A stretch of DNA of 64,000 nucleotides from an uncultured Chloroflexia bacterium (lineage in GTDB: Bacteria; Chloroflexota; Chloroflexia; QHBQ01; JADMIH01): assembly GCA_963797095.1 (NCBI GenBank), contig CAWCNY010000006.1, positions 288,001-352,000 on the forward strand. The letters are read 5' to 3'. Within the stretch, counting starts at the first letter, position 1. Every line of letters starts with the position of its first letter. Positions 1 to 11,672 of this stretch are shown here, in pieces. The notes beneath the pieces are model-generated. The model saw only the letters and a program-made list of their open reading frames with translations, made no database searches and was not told the origin of the DNA. Both the position numbers and the translations under genes were made by a program.

Positions 1-520
1 CTATCGGGATGGCTATCAGGAAGGACAACATGATAGTCAGCCCTATCAGGATTGCCGAATACCCTATCTTGGTGGAGAGCAACTCTCCCACCGGTGTCCC
101 CTTCTGGATCACCTTCGTTTTGCCGAAATCCCCTGTCAGCACTCCCGCTCCCTTCAGGTGAAAAGCCCCGATCTCGATATCTATCCCCTTTGGTGTTGGC
201 TGGAAGTCGCGGTCCACGTCGGTGGTATCGTTCGGGTCAAAGAGCCACACGAAGAAATCGAAGGGCCACGGTTTGTCCAGCTTATACGTCTCCTCCAGAT
301 CCTCCACCATACTCTTCGCGGTCTGGTATGCAGGAAAATCGGCCGCACTTGGTGTCTCCTTTACAAATTCGGACCATCGCGCGTAATCGGCCAAAGCCAG
401 CTCATAACTCACACGCGGGCTTGTCGGCAGCAGCAACACCACCACTGTGTATACCAGCAACATCGCCAGCAAGATAAACACTATACTTTGCAAAAAGCGG
501 CGGATGATAAACAGGCTCAT
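1..520 (-). CDS. Opp/Dpp-family ABC permease, OppB-like (runs off window edge)
   Basis: Manual translation from ATG at 520: MSLFIIRRFLQSIVFILLA...YKLDKPWPFDFFVWLFDP...GVLTGDFG; open to position 1; paralogous to 1716-2921. Confidence 0.85.
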   Translation of the reverse strand, partial: MSLFIIRRFLQSIVFILLAMLLVYTVVVLLLPTSPRVSYELALADYARWSEFVKETPSAADFPAYQTAKSMVEDLEETYKLDKPWPFDFFVWLFDPNDTTDVDRDFQPTPKGIDIEIGAFHLKGAGVLTGDFGKTKVIQKGTPVGELLSTKIGYSAILIGLTIMLSFLIAIPI

Positions 521-630
521 AGTGTCCTTCGTCCTCCGGTTACCAATAACTCCCTACTCGCTCGTTCGTGATACATGATACGTGATACGTGCTATGTGAC
601 CTACTGAGCTTCTCGTCCTTCGTCCTTTCG

Positions 631-1665
631 TCACCCCGCGCTGCTCCGTGGGTTGAAAACCTCCAGCAGTGTGTCGGCGACATAATTAAGTGACAGCACT
701 GTGATGTACACCATGATCACCGGCTGCAGAAAGAGCCATGCACGAATATCGTTGAATGGATTGATGTTCACAAGGTTGTTGATTTGCGATATGTTGTTCA
801 CGATCATGTTGCCCCACGACGGCACCGGCGGGTCAAAGATGCCCTGCACGAGGTAGGACATAATCGACTCCCAGATTATGAAGTCGGCTATCTGGAGGGT
901 GGTCGCCACCGAGATAGGAGCCAGCGAGTTGGGCAGTAAATGCCTCCAGATGATGTGCCTCCCTCCAGCCCCCAGCGCCTTCGACGCTTCGACGTAGTTC
1001 TGTCCCCTCAGCACCAGCAGTTGCCCCCTTACCAGCCGGCTGATACCCATCCAGCCGAAGATGCTGAATACTGCCAGCGTGAGTGTAATGCCGCCCTGGG
1101 TCTCCTGCAAAAAGGTGTCGTGCACTATTGTGGAGGTGAGAAGCCTGTAGCCGAAGATATACATAGGGAGGATAGGCAGGGCCAGTGTGAAATCGGTAAA
1201 GCGCATCAGCAAAGTATCTATCCAGCCGCCGAAGTAGCCCGCTAGCAGGCCGAGTAGAGTGCCTGTGATTATAGTGATGGCAGTTGCCGCTGCTGCAAGC
1301 GAAAGGGTGGCCCGGCCCCCCAGGAAGATGCGGATAAGTTGGTCCCTCCCCAGCTTGTCGGCTCCAAGCCAGAAGACGTTGTGGGTGAATGGGTCCACTG
1401 TGCCGGGCGTGGCGAACGATGCCAGCGGGCTTAGCGCGTTGGGGTCGAATGGAGAGAAGATCGGGACGAAAATGACGCCCACTATAATGAGCGTGAGCAC
1501 GGTGAGGGCCAGCATACCCGATGGGTATCGCCGGAAGCGACGGAATATAGCGACAAAGCCTCTCGAACCGGCAGGTATGCCCTGCCCGGCGTCGGGGCTA
1601 TCGTCTAATGATGGCGCTCCTATAACGGCGCGCCCTACCTCGTTTATTGCCTGAGCATCTGCCAA
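631..1665 (-). CDS. Opp/Dpp-family ABC permease, OppC-like
   Basis: WLGADKLGRD, EAA loop (YVEASKALGAG...HLLPN), PSWGNM; TTG start after AGGAG. Confidence 0.9.
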   Translation of the reverse strand: MADAQAINEVGRAVIGAPSLDDSPDAGQGIPAGSRGFVAIFRRFRRYPSGMLALTVLTLIIVGVIFVPIFSPFDPNALSPLASFATPGTVDPFTHNVFWLGADKLGRDQLIRIFLGGRATLSLAAAATAITIITGTLLGLLAGYFGGWIDTLLMRFTDFTLALPILPMYIFGYRLLTSTIVHDTFLQETQGGITLTLAVFSIFGWMGISRLVRGQLLVLRGQNYVEASKALGAGGRHIIWRHLLPNSLAPISVATTLQIADFIIWESIMSYLVQGIFDPPVPSWGNMIVNNISQINNLVNINPFNDIRAWLFLQPVIMVYITVLSLNYVADTLLEVFNPRSSAG

Positions 1666-1715
1666 GCATCGCTCCTATTACGGGGTGTTAATCCCGCACG
1701 GCCACTCGTCACTCG

Positions 1716-2921
<1,206 letters not shown>

Positions 2922-3029
2922 GCATTCCTCCGAAGAAGCCCGGTTCCCGGTTCCAAGTTCCAGGTTCCAGGTTCCAGGTTCCGACTACCGACTACCGACT
3001 ACCGACTACTAGGAACTAGCAACTTGGAA

Positions 3030-4016
3030 CTACGCTCCCAGCACCACACTACGCGGGTCAAGCACCTCTCTCAAAGCGTCGCCTATGTAGTTGATGCATA
3101 GCACCGTGAGGAAGATCATTATGTTGGGCATCAGGAACAGGTAGGCCCTGATATCGCTGAAAGGATTGAAGTTGGTGAGGCGCGATACATACTGGATATT
3201 GTTCGCCAGCATATTGCCCCACGATGGGGTTGGCGGGTCTACTATGCCCTGCACGAAATAGGCGAGTATGGCTTCCCAGATGATGAAATCGCCAATCTGG
3301 AAAGTGGCAGCCACGAATACGGGCGCGAGAGAATTGGGGAGCAGGTGGCGAAAGATAATGCGGCGATGGCCCGCCCCGAGCGCCCTCGATGCCTCGATGT
3401 AATCTCGACTGCGCAGCGAGAGCACCGACCCCCGCACCAACCGCGCGATGCCCATCCACCCGAACAGCGTGAACACGAGCAGGATGGTTGTTATGCCACC
3501 CATCGTGATCCTGAGCAGCTCCTGCCTATCTGTGCTCAGGATGAGGATCCTTGAACCGAAAATGAACATCGGCAGCAGAGGTAGGGCCAGCATAAAATCG
3601 GTGAAGCGCATAACGATCGAATCTATCACTCCTCCAAAATAGCCTGCTGCCGCCCCTACCAACACCCCTATGATAAGTGTGATAAAGGTGGCTAGCACGG
3701 CCAGGAAGAAAGAAGCGCGTCCAGCGTAGAAGATGCGCGTGAACAGGTCTTGCCCGAACACATCGGTTCCCAGGATGTGAATCTGCCCGTTCAATGGGTC
3801 GCGGGTACCCGCTGTGGCGAAAGCTATCACCGGGTTGGTTTGATCAACGGCAAACGGCGAGAAGACGGGCACCATGATTATCCCCAGCGCCATCAGCGCC
3901 AGTACAATGAGGGCGACGAAGCCTGCGCGTTGCCTTCTGAAGCGTCTCCAGGTCAGTGAGAACTGGCCCGCTTCTACAGGTTCCAGGGTTTCATTTGCTG
4001 CAATGACTGTTGCCAA
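3030..4016 (-). CDS. Opp/Dpp-family ABC permease, OppC-like
   Basis: HILGTDVFGQD, EAA loop, NYIGDALREVLDPR; TTG start after AGGAG. Confidence 0.9.
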   Translation of the reverse strand: MATVIAANETLEPVEAGQFSLTWRRFRRQRAGFVALIVLALMALGIIMVPVFSPFAVDQTNPVIAFATAGTRDPLNGQIHILGTDVFGQDLFTRIFYAGRASFFLAVLATFITLIIGVLVGAAAGYFGGVIDSIVMRFTDFMLALPLLPMFIFGSRILILSTDRQELLRITMGGITTILLVFTLFGWMGIARLVRGSVLSLRSRDYIEASRALGAGHRRIIFRHLLPNSLAPVFVAATFQIGDFIIWEAILAYFVQGIVDPPTPSWGNMLANNIQYVSRLTNFNPFSDIRAYLFLMPNIMIFLTVLCINYIGDALREVLDPRSVVLGA

Positions 4017-4108
4017 GCGGAACTCCTGTCCGGTGAGCGACGGACACCGGTATATATAGTTTGTGGGGGTGTTTTACAACGGCCTGGCGTTACTTTCGAC
4101 GTGCTTGA

Positions 4109-4573
4109 TCAGAACTCGAACTTCCCTTCTTCACGAATGTTTGCGTTCGCATCATGGCCTTCATCGTCGGGTTCTTCATCTTCTACGTTGTTCTGCGTCT
4201 TGATGCGCTTGAGGCTCATTGTCAGGCCGTCAGGCGTATCTCCGAGGGCCGCCGCCAGCGCTTGCTGAAGGGCCGCCTTCGCCTCGCGTGTGAAGTCTTG
4301 CGCGGGTGGCCGGTCGCCCTCCACATAGATCAACGCGGATAAATAGACGCCCTTGCGTATTGTGGGTCTGCCCTGTCTCGGGTAGCTCGCCGGGAGGCCG
4401 GGAGGTGGCGGCGGCAATGCCTCCGTGCTTTCCTCCGCGTTCGGTGCCCCATCGTTAATATCTTCTGGAGGGACTGTTTGTTGGGCGTTTATGGCCTCTT
4501 CCCGGCCCGAATCTATAGGTGTTTGGGGGTCAGGTTGGCCGGTGGTGTCCTGCGGTTCATTTCTTGTTTCCAT
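4109..4573 (-). CDS. hypothetical protein (Pro/acidic-rich)
   Basis: Likely start METRNEPQ at 4573, overlapping the stop of the upstream gene; the longer ORF-track start lies inside the upstream CDS. Confidence 0.55.
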   Translation of the reverse strand: METRNEPQDTTGQPDPQTPIDSGREEAINAQQTVPPEDINDGAPNAEESTEALPPPPPGLPASYPRQGRPTIRKGVYLSALIYVEGDRPPAQDFTREAKAALQQALAAALGDTPDGLTMSLKRIKTQNNVEDEEPDDEGHDANANIREEGKFEF

Positions 4574-5759
4574 ATGCGTACCTCGACACAAGTTGTTTGT
4601 CGGCGTCGTAGAGCACAGCCACATCGCCGCTGTTATTCCAGATAGCGCGCCCTGAAAGGAAACTGAACTCTCCGGGGGCAAGGTCGGTCTTGTTAGTATA
4701 GACGCGGATCGCCTCTCCCGGCTGCATCGCGTAGCTCTCCCACCTGTATTCAGTCTGTCCTGTCGTGTCTTCAAGCTCCCAGTCTGTGATGTCCACGGGC
4801 TGGGTCCCCGTGTTAGTGATCTCCACGTACTCGTCAGGCTCATTCCGCCCCTGCCCGTCGTAGAAGATATCCGTTATTTGCACGAGCTTGTTGTCCTGCA
4901 CGCTCGTGTCGCTTGCAGGTGGGGTAGTGGCAGTGGGTACGGGCGTAATGTCGAGAGCGGTATCCCCGGTGTTGACGGGAGGCTGGTTGATGCCCGTCGT
5001 GCCGTTGTCCAGCGGCTTCCACTGGCCGTTCTGCATAGTCTCAATCTGCATGATCGGGTGTATTTCCCAGATGGTGCCGCGTGTCTTGCCAACCTGGTCG
5101 GGGTGCTCAGGGTCCATCATCACCCAGCCGCTAATTCGCACCCGCTGGTGGTTCTTTACTATGTTGTTTATGCTTGTGATGGTCCACTGAGGGTGAACAG
5201 CCCGCACCCTGGGAGTGGTCTCCACCACGATTGACGACTCACGTCCCTTGTTCGGGTCGTCGGCCAGCCAGATGTGGTAGTCGACGTCCTGCACTGAGCG
5301 GCAGTTGGTCGTTTCCGGTCCCTGCTTCTTGGCCGATATCAAGTACCCCTCGATCTGAACGGGCGTCCCCTCGTATAGCGCCACCTCTTCCTTGTCCTCT
5401 GTTGACCAACTGGACCGGGGCTTGCTGTTGATATCCGAAGGCCATGTTAGTGACACAAGCGTGTGGGCCGAAATAGGCTCCCAGGTGGCTTCGTCAATGC
5501 GGTTCTTGAGGGTATTGAGCACAGGGTCGCCGCCATCTCCTGATGGTGGGCACCCCTTGAAGTAGTCAACAATCGGCTTCGGCTTGCCGTAGTAGTTGGT
5601 GCCGAACACAGGCGCGCCCGGTTTGGGAGGCGCCGTGAGGGTTGCCTGAGTTACCGGGCCCGGCACGTTCTCCTCGGGTTGCAACAGGTAAAAGGCCGAG
5701 ATAGCTATCAGGACCCACAGAGCAAGGATCGCTATGGCGATAAAGACTTTTCTTCCCAT
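4557..5759 (-). CDS. membrane-anchored protein with OB-fold-like domain and C-terminal lamin-tail domain
   Basis: N-terminal TM helix; DYHIWL...VVETTPR...VRISGW.MMDPEH...WEIHP; C-terminal EYVEITN.G..PVDITDWEL...IWNNSGD.AVLYD typical of LTD. Confidence 0.7.
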   Translation of the reverse strand: MGRKVFIAIAILALWVLIAISAFYLLQPEENVPGPVTQATLTAPPKPGAPVFGTNYYGKPKPIVDYFKGCPPSGDGGDPVLNTLKNRIDEATWEPISAHTLVSLTWPSDINSKPRSSWSTEDKEEVALYEGTPVQIEGYLISAKKQGPETTNCRSVQDVDYHIWLADDPNKGRESSIVVETTPRVRAVHPQWTITSINNIVKNHQRVRISGWVMMDPEHPDQVGKTRGTIWEIHPIMQIETMQNGQWKPLDNGTTGINQPPVNTGDTALDITPVPTATTPPASDTSVQDNKLVQITDIFYDGQGRNEPDEYVEITNTGTQPVDITDWELEDTTGQTEYRWESYAMQPGEAIRVYTNKTDLAPGEFSFLSGRAIWNNSGDVAVLYDADKQLVSRYAYGNKK

Positions 5760-5794
5760 CTTTTCTTCCCAGACCCAGCCGCGTTATCTCAGAG

Positions 5795-6979
5795 TTATAG
5801 ATTCGCTAACCGCATTGTACAGGCCGCCACGACCGGCTCGATTCCCAGGCCGAGCAAGCAAGGGCGCGGGCCGCACCCGTCACGCAGCCCTATAGAGAGG
5901 GCGCGATAGAAGCAAGGCTGGCAAGGTAAGTCGCGGGCCACTATCGCGTGGGGGTTGGCTTCGCCCGGCGGCACATACGGCCCCCAGGCGCGCCGGTTTG
6001 AAGGGCCAAACACAGCGACCACAGGTGTGCCTACAGCAGCGGCTATGTGCATCGGGCCGCTATCGCCTCCTACGAACAGGTCGCACCGCTCGATGAGGGC
6101 TGCGGTCTCTTTTATGCTTGTCCTTCCTGCGAGATTCCGGATGTGTGTCTCAAGGTAGAGGTTTCCATCCCCTGTTGCCTGCTCTACCAGCGTATTCCCG
6201 GCCTCGATTTCGTCGGGACCACCCATGACCACGATATGTGCATTGTGATCAGTCGCGAGCCTGCGGGCGACCTCCACGAACCGCTCTATGGGCCAGATAC
6301 GCGCCCGGCTGAAGGCCCCCGCCCCCGGGTGAAGGGCAACCAGAGGGTGGTGTTGTGCCAATCCTTCTCGTTCGAGCAACCCGGCAACCACACGCCTATG
6401 CTCGGCGTTTACGGGGATGTGCAAGCGCCACCCCGCGCTCGCATCGGCTCCCAGTTGAGCGGCCACCGCCAGCCAGTACGCAACTTCATGCCGGGTGCCG
6501 AAACCCAGGTCGGGCACAGTATGGGTAAGCCTGTCCGTGAAGAAATGGGCATGGGGCTTACCGTTGTCCAGCCCCACGGTTACGGGCGCATTCACCGCGA
6601 TGGCTAGCACTGCGCGCTCCCAGGCTCCCCAGCGCAGGGTGGCGTGATGGAACACGGCGAAGGCGTCGTACCGCGTCATCCTCAATTTGACCAGGGTTTG
6701 CACGATCTTCGCCAACTTCACAGGGTGGGTGATAGCGAATCTGCTGCTGAAGGAGAGGCCTTCGAACTCGATGATGTTGTCGAGGTAGGGCGCACCTTCT
6801 AGTATACGGGCGGAAGAAGGCGGGGCGATCAGGTCGAGCCTGGCCTGCGGGTGCGCCGCCCGAAGCGCCTGCAAAGCGGGTGTGACGGTCAGCATGTCGC
6901 CCAGGTCGGCCAACTTGACGGCAAGTATACGCCTGTAAGGCTGGCTATGACCCTGGCCCGATACTTGCATATCTCGCAT
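5795..6979 (-). CDS. glycosyltransferase family 9 (heptosyltransferase-like)
   Basis: KLADLGDML..TPALQALR, LHPGAG, DSGPMHIAAAVGTP.VAVFGP; start placed at ATG 6979, 6 nt after TATAAT. Confidence 0.85.
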   Translation of the reverse strand: MRDMQVSGQGHSQPYRRILAVKLADLGDMLTVTPALQALRAAHPQARLDLIAPPSSARILEGAPYLDNIIEFEGLSFSSRFAITHPVKLAKIVQTLVKLRMTRYDAFAVFHHATLRWGAWERAVLAIAVNAPVTVGLDNGKPHAHFFTDRLTHTVPDLGFGTRHEVAYWLAVAAQLGADASAGWRLHIPVNAEHRRVVAGLLEREGLAQHHPLVALHPGAGAFSRARIWPIERFVEVARRLATDHNAHIVVMGGPDEIEAGNTLVEQATGDGNLYLETHIRNLAGRTSIKETAALIERCDLFVGGDSGPMHIAAAVGTPVVAVFGPSNRRAWGPYVPPGEANPHAIVARDLPCQPCFYRALSIGLRDGCGPRPCLLGLGIEPVVAACTMRLANL

Positions 6980-7161
6980 ACGGTAATTATACAATGGATA
7001 GAGAGGATGGGTGACAAGGGAAGCACTGAGAAGGATGTGGCACGCAAAAAGAGACTAAAGACCGATTGCTTTTGCCTGGTGTCTATGATAAAATCCCCTG
7101 TGCGCTCTTGGATCCCATATCAGAGACCACGGCGCAGTTCGAGGAGCATGCAGCTTTTATA

Positions 7162-8286
7162 ATGAAGACAGAGACCATACTGGTCATCCCGTTTGCCGAT
7201 GGCATTGGGGATTTTGTGAATGTCCAGCCGTTGCTGGCGGCTTTGAAACGCGCCTTCCCCGACGCGGCTTTCACCGTCGCGGCTTCCGAGCACGGCAACT
7301 TTCTGATCAACGACCCCGATATCGAGGTGGTCAAGCCGTCGGGTTTCAACTATGAACCCGGCAAGATGGCGATTGCCCTTCGTCCTCTTCTTCCTCAGAA
7401 GCTACTTGCATGGATGGCCGGGCCGCTATTCGACCGCGAGCTTGGCCCCTTCGACCTTGTGATCAATATGTTCTACGCCTGGGAGCGGGGCATGGCCTTC
7501 CGCCGCTACTGGACGCCCCAGGTGCCCCTGGTGCCAGGTGCTCAACACTCGCTCGATTTCCTGGCCGACGAACTTGAGCGGCAGCTCGGTATAGCCATCA
7601 CTCCTGAGCAAAGAGTACCGCGCCTGGTGCTGCGGCAAGCCTCCACTGTTTGGGCCAATCGCTTCTGGGTCACTAACGATCTTGAAGGTGAGCGCGTAGT
7701 GGGTCTTGTTCCTTCGTCCAATATGGACATCAAGCGCTGGCCTCTGCACGAATGGATCAAGTTGGATGCTCACCTGCGCGAAATGGGTGTGCGCACTCTT
7801 CTTTTCTGCGACAAGCCCAACAGTGAGCAAGCCAGGGTATTCCGCGAGGCCGAATCGCCCGCTCTGCCTGTGTTCACCCAACTCGATAGCGTAGCGGGCT
7901 TGCTGACGCATTGCGACCTGGTGGTAGGCGTCGATACCGGCTTGCTTCACATGGCCGGCGCTCTCGACATACCCTGGGTCGGCCTATTTGGCCCCACCAA
8001 CCCCGAAGTTACAGGCCCCTACAAGCAAGAGGGTGGCATCGGGCTGGTGGCCCCCTTCGAGAAGCCCATCACCTGCGGCGGCTGTTGGAAGCACTTCAAG
8101 TACGAAGACGATACGTGTCGCACACTGGCGCACGGCTCGTGCATGGACTTCCTGCGCGAAGAGACTGTGCTGGAGGCGTGCGCGACTATCCTGAGGCGCA
8201 ACATCCCGGTCCCCGCGCCTCCCGTCTACAACTATCCCGGCCCATCCTTTATCCCCGCTGTGGCCGGTTCGCCCGCTTATACATAG
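7162..8286 (+). CDS. glycosyltransferase family 9
   Basis: DGIGDFV, KRWP, VGVDTGLLHMAGAL..PWVGLFGPT, Cys-rich C-terminus. Confidence 0.85.
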   Translation: MKTETILVIPFADGIGDFVNVQPLLAALKRAFPDAAFTVAASEHGNFLINDPDIEVVKPSGFNYEPGKMAIALRPLLPQKLLAWMAGPLFDRELGPFDLVINMFYAWERGMAFRRYWTPQVPLVPGAQHSLDFLADELERQLGIAITPEQRVPRLVLRQASTVWANRFWVTNDLEGERVVGLVPSSNMDIKRWPLHEWIKLDAHLREMGVRTLLFCDKPNSEQARVFREAESPALPVFTQLDSVAGLLTHCDLVVGVDTGLLHMAGALDIPWVGLFGPTNPEVTGPYKQEGGIGLVAPFEKPITCGGCWKHFKYEDDTCRTLAHGSCMDFLREETVLEACATILRRNIPVPAPPVYNYPGPSFIPAVAGSPAYT

Positions 8287-8306
8287 TATGTAATATAGAA
8301 AGGTGA

Positions 8307-8720
8307 ATGTTAATGCTCGATCTTTCGAACCCCCGCCACACACACGTGGACGAACGGCTGCGCTCTGACCTGATGATCTGGCTTTCCAGTGTCAAGCCCG
8401 ACGGCAAGGCCCATCTTGTGCCCGTGTGGTTCCTGTGGGACGGCGAGCATGTCTATATCTTCAGCAAGCCCGACCAGAAGATCCATAATCTACAGCAGAA
8501 CAAGTCGATCATGTTGGGCCTGGACGATACCAGGGAAGGCAGCGACCCCATCCTGATCGCGGGCGAGGCCGAGCTTTTGCCACCTGGCGAGGTCACACCC
8601 GCGATGCCTGCCTACGAGGAAAAGTATGCCGAGAAATTTGCTCGCTATAATTGGACAGGCGAGTTGATGGGCAAAGAATACACCGAGGCGATCAAAATCA
8701 CGCCGAGCAAGATACTCTAG
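8307..8720 (+). CDS. PPOX-class (pyridoxamine 5'-phosphate oxidase family) probable F420-dependent enzyme
   Basis: WLSSVKPDGKAHLVPVWFLWDG...K..NL split-barrel signature. Confidence 0.8.
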   Translation: MLMLDLSNPRHTHVDERLRSDLMIWLSSVKPDGKAHLVPVWFLWDGEHVYIFSKPDQKIHNLQQNKSIMLGLDDTREGSDPILIAGEAELLPPGEVTPAMPAYEEKYAEKFARYNWTGELMGKEYTEAIKITPSKIL

Positions 8721-8726
8721 TGATAT

Positions 8727-9863
8727 TCAGCTCGTAAGCACGCCCCAGGTCTCACGCGCGCATCGCTCCCATCTAAATGTCGCCGCTTGTGCCAATCCCT
8801 CCCGCGACAAATCCTCCCTGGTCTGTGGATTCGAGAGCAGACTCGCCACTGCGTCTGCCCACGTGTGCGCATCGGTGGGGTCAAGCAGGATACCGGCATC
8901 GCCCACGACCTCTGGAATCGAGGAAGCGTTGGACGCGATTACAGGAGTGCCACACGACGTAGCCTCAAGCGCGGGCAGGCCGAATCCCTCGTACAGGCTT
9001 GGGAAAGTGAGAGCAAGTGCCCCCGAATAGAGCGCGGGCAGGTCTTCGCGCTCCACGTAATCGGCGAACTTGATCAGGTCGCCTAAACCTTTCTCATTCA
9101 CAGCCTCGAACAGCGAATCGTACAGCCACCCGCGCTTGCCCGCCAGCAATAGCTGGGGTGGTTGCTCCACCATATTGCGCAATATCTCCCACGCCTCGAC
9201 CAGCATACCCAGGTTCTTGCGTGGTTGCAGCGTGCCCACGTGGATGCAATAGGGTCTGCTCACCCCATATTTGGCCGCTACCCTCTCTATCTCTGCCTGA
9301 TCGCCAACCGGCCTGAAGATCGGGTCGCGCCCATGATATACAACGGCGATTTTGCTTGCAGGGATGTGGTAGTGCTTGATAAGGTCGCGCTTGGTGGCCT
9401 CCGAGATCGCGATCACTCGCCGCGCCGAGCGGGCGCTGAACCACGTGGAAATGTGCAGATAGAGGCGCGACAACCGCGTGTGCGCCTGTGGATAGGCCAG
9501 GTATCCCAGGTCGTGGATCGTGACCACGGTGCGGCGTGGGTGCCACAACGGCACGACATGCGATGGCACGAACAATGTGTCGGGCGCGTGCGCCAGCATC
9601 TCAGCCGAAAGCCGCAGATGCGTCCACAATCGCGGGAAGGGTATCGCCCGCACGCGCCACGCCTTAGGCAGATCAACCCCCAGCCTCTCCCTTGCCTCGT
9701 CTTCGTCCTTAAGGTTTGCGTAAAGCACCACTTTGCGCCGCGACGCTTCGGGCAATTCGGCAAGCGCCCCAAGCAGACTCGCAGAATAGTGCTCGGTGCC
9801 CGTCCGCATGGAGAGCACAGCACGGCTGGCATCGATCCCTATAGTTGGTCGCGAACTCGCCAT
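8727..9863 (-). CDS. glycosyltransferase family 4
   Basis: VTIHDL, VGTLQPRKN, PSLYEGFGLPALEA. Confidence 0.9.
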   Translation of the reverse strand: MASSRPTIGIDASRAVLSMRTGTEHYSASLLGALAELPEASRRKVVLYANLKDEDEARERLGVDLPKAWRVRAIPFPRLWTHLRLSAEMLAHAPDTLFVPSHVVPLWHPRRTVVTIHDLGYLAYPQAHTRLSRLYLHISTWFSARSARRVIAISEATKRDLIKHYHIPASKIAVVYHGRDPIFRPVGDQAEIERVAAKYGVSRPYCIHVGTLQPRKNLGMLVEAWEILRNMVEQPPQLLLAGKRGWLYDSLFEAVNEKGLGDLIKFADYVEREDLPALYSGALALTFPSLYEGFGLPALEATSCGTPVIASNASSIPEVVGDAGILLDPTDAHTWADAVASLLSNPQTREDLSREGLAQAATFRWERCARETWGVLTS

Positions 9864-9871
9864 TACTTACT

Positions 9872-10000
9872 CACCGCAGAGGTGCAGAGGACGCAGAGCC
9901 TCACAAAGATCCCCGGCAATCTCCGTGCCTCTGTGTCTCTGTGGTTCCAGGTCATCATCAATCTTACTAAATCTCTGCGTCCTAAGCGTCTCTGCGGTGA
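9872..10000. repeat. CGCAGAG/CTCTGCG-type palindromic intergenic repeat cluster
   Basis: caccgcagaggtgcagaggacgcagag near 9872-9898 is inverted to ctctgcgtcctaagcgtctctgcggtg near 9974-10000. Confidence 0.55.
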
Positions 10001-10005
10001 TCTCG

Positions 10006-11307
10006 CTACATGCCAAGCTTGAGCATCTCGTCCAGGCGCGGCACAAGCTCCTCGATTGGAACGCGTACCTGGCCCATGCTGTCGCGGTCGCGTATGGTGA
10101 CGGCTTTGTCGTTGAGGGTCTCGAAGTCTAAGGTCACACACAGGGGCGTGCCGATCTCGTCCTGGCGGCGATAACGCTTGCCTATCGAGCCTGTATCGTC
10201 ATACTGGCTCATGAATTGGAGCCGCACGATAGCGTGCACCTTCCTTGCATCTTCGGCCAGCTTTTTGGACAGGGGCAGCACCGCCACCTTGATCGGCGCG
10301 ATCTCCGGGTGGAACCTCATCACAACGCGCGTTTCATCGTTGTCAGGCTCCTCATCATACGCATTCAGGAGGTGGATCAACGCGATGCGGTCCACGCCCA
10401 CCGCAGGCTCGATCACATAGGGGGTGATATGCTCGCCCGTTTCCTCGTCGAAGTAGGTAAGGTCTTTGTTGCTGGCAGCCGTGTGCCTCTTCAGGTCGAA
10501 GTCGGTGCGCGACGCCACGCCCTCAAGCTCACCCCAGCCCCACGGGAACTTGTACTCGATGTCGGTGGTGGCATTCGAGTAGTGGGCCAATTCATCCTGC
10601 TCATGTTCTCGCAGGCGCAGGTTTTCGGACTTCACTCCGTACTTGAGGTGCCATTCGTGCCGCATCTTGACCCAGGTGCGATACCACTCAAGCTCGGTGC
10701 CGGGCCGCACGAAATACTCCATCTCCATCTGCTCGAACTCGCGTGTGCGGAAGATGAAGTTGCCTGGCGTGATCTCGTTGCGGAACGCCTTGCCCTGCTG
10801 TGCGATACCGAACGGCAACTTGCGCCTCATCGACTGCTGCACGTTGAAGAAGTTGACGAATATACCCTGTGCTGTCTCCGGGCGCAGGTAGGCCACCGAA
10901 GCGTCGTCCTCCACCGGGCCAACGAATGTCTTGAACATCAGATTGAACTTGCGTACCTCGGTCAGTTCGCCGCCACAGTCAGGGCACCTATCGCCCTCGA
11001 TCTGGTCGGCGCGGAACCTGTGGTGGCAGCTCTTACAGTCCACCATCGGATCGGCGAACTCGGTCAGGTGGCCCGAAGCCTGCCAGATAAGGGGGGACAT
11101 CAGAATAGCCGAATCGAGGCCCACGATGTCGTCCCGGCGCTGCACCATATCGCGCCACCACAGGTTCTTGATATTCCGCTTTAGCTCCACACCCAGCGGT
11201 CCATAATCCCATGTAGAAGAAAAGCCGCCATATATCTCGCTGGATGGGAAGACGAAGCCCCGACGTTTAGCCAGCGAGACGATTGTGTCCATAGATACGT
11301 TTTCCAT
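10006..11307 (-). CDS. glyQS: glycine--tRNA ligase (alpha2 type)
   Basis: [57 protein letters not shown]; start MENVSMD after GGAGG. Confidence 0.97.
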   Translation of the reverse strand: MENVSMDTIVSLAKRRGFVFPSSEIYGGFSSTWDYGPLGVELKRNIKNLWWRDMVQRRDDIVGLDSAILMSPLIWQASGHLTEFADPMVDCKSCHHRFRADQIEGDRCPDCGGELTEVRKFNLMFKTFVGPVEDDASVAYLRPETAQGIFVNFFNVQQSMRRKLPFGIAQQGKAFRNEITPGNFIFRTREFEQMEMEYFVRPGTELEWYRTWVKMRHEWHLKYGVKSENLRLREHEQDELAHYSNATTDIEYKFPWGWGELEGVASRTDFDLKRHTAASNKDLTYFDEETGEHITPYVIEPAVGVDRIALIHLLNAYDEEPDNDETRVVMRFHPEIAPIKVAVLPLSKKLAEDARKVHAIVRLQFMSQYDDTGSIGKRYRRQDEIGTPLCVTLDFETLNDKAVTIRDRDSMGQVRVPIEELVPRLDEMLKLGM

Positions 11308-11404
11308 GCCCTTACCTCCTTGTTTGGTAGCCGGTAGTCGGATTATGGTTCCTGGTTCCTGGTTTCCGCAATCGTTTATCGTCCTCCGACTACCGGCTAC
11401 CGGC

Positions 11405-11620
11405 AACAAAAAACCCCTCATCCCTGCCATCTGGCATAGGGACGAGAGGCCGATTTACTCCCGCGGTTCCACCCTACTTGGCACCCAACTTGATGCCCTC
11501 TTTGTGATGCCTGCCTTGCTCCGGAGCGCCATTACCGTTTCAGACAACCGGGGCTTCCACCCTCTCGCGAGGCCCCTCTCTCTGTTTGCCTTCAGCGGCT
11601 ACCATTCTCCATCATAGCTA
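11405..11620 (-). promoter_or_regulatory. T-box riboswitch (Gly specifier) with intrinsic terminator
   Basis: Minus strand: AGAGAG and GGTGGAAG stem-I motifs, GGC specifier at 11528-11530, T-box AAGTAGGGTGGAACCGCGG (11461-11479), hairpin plus U-tract about 11405-11446; TATAAT at 11655-11660. Confidence 0.92.
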
Positions 11621-11672
11621 CGGTGCGGCACGGTGTGCTATTCAGTTGGTTAGTATTATAACGAACCTCGCG

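Noticed and set aside
11308-11430. N-terminal extension of GlyRS in the ORF track
   Set aside because: Covers the T-box terminator and heptamer repeats; the RBS supports a start at 11307
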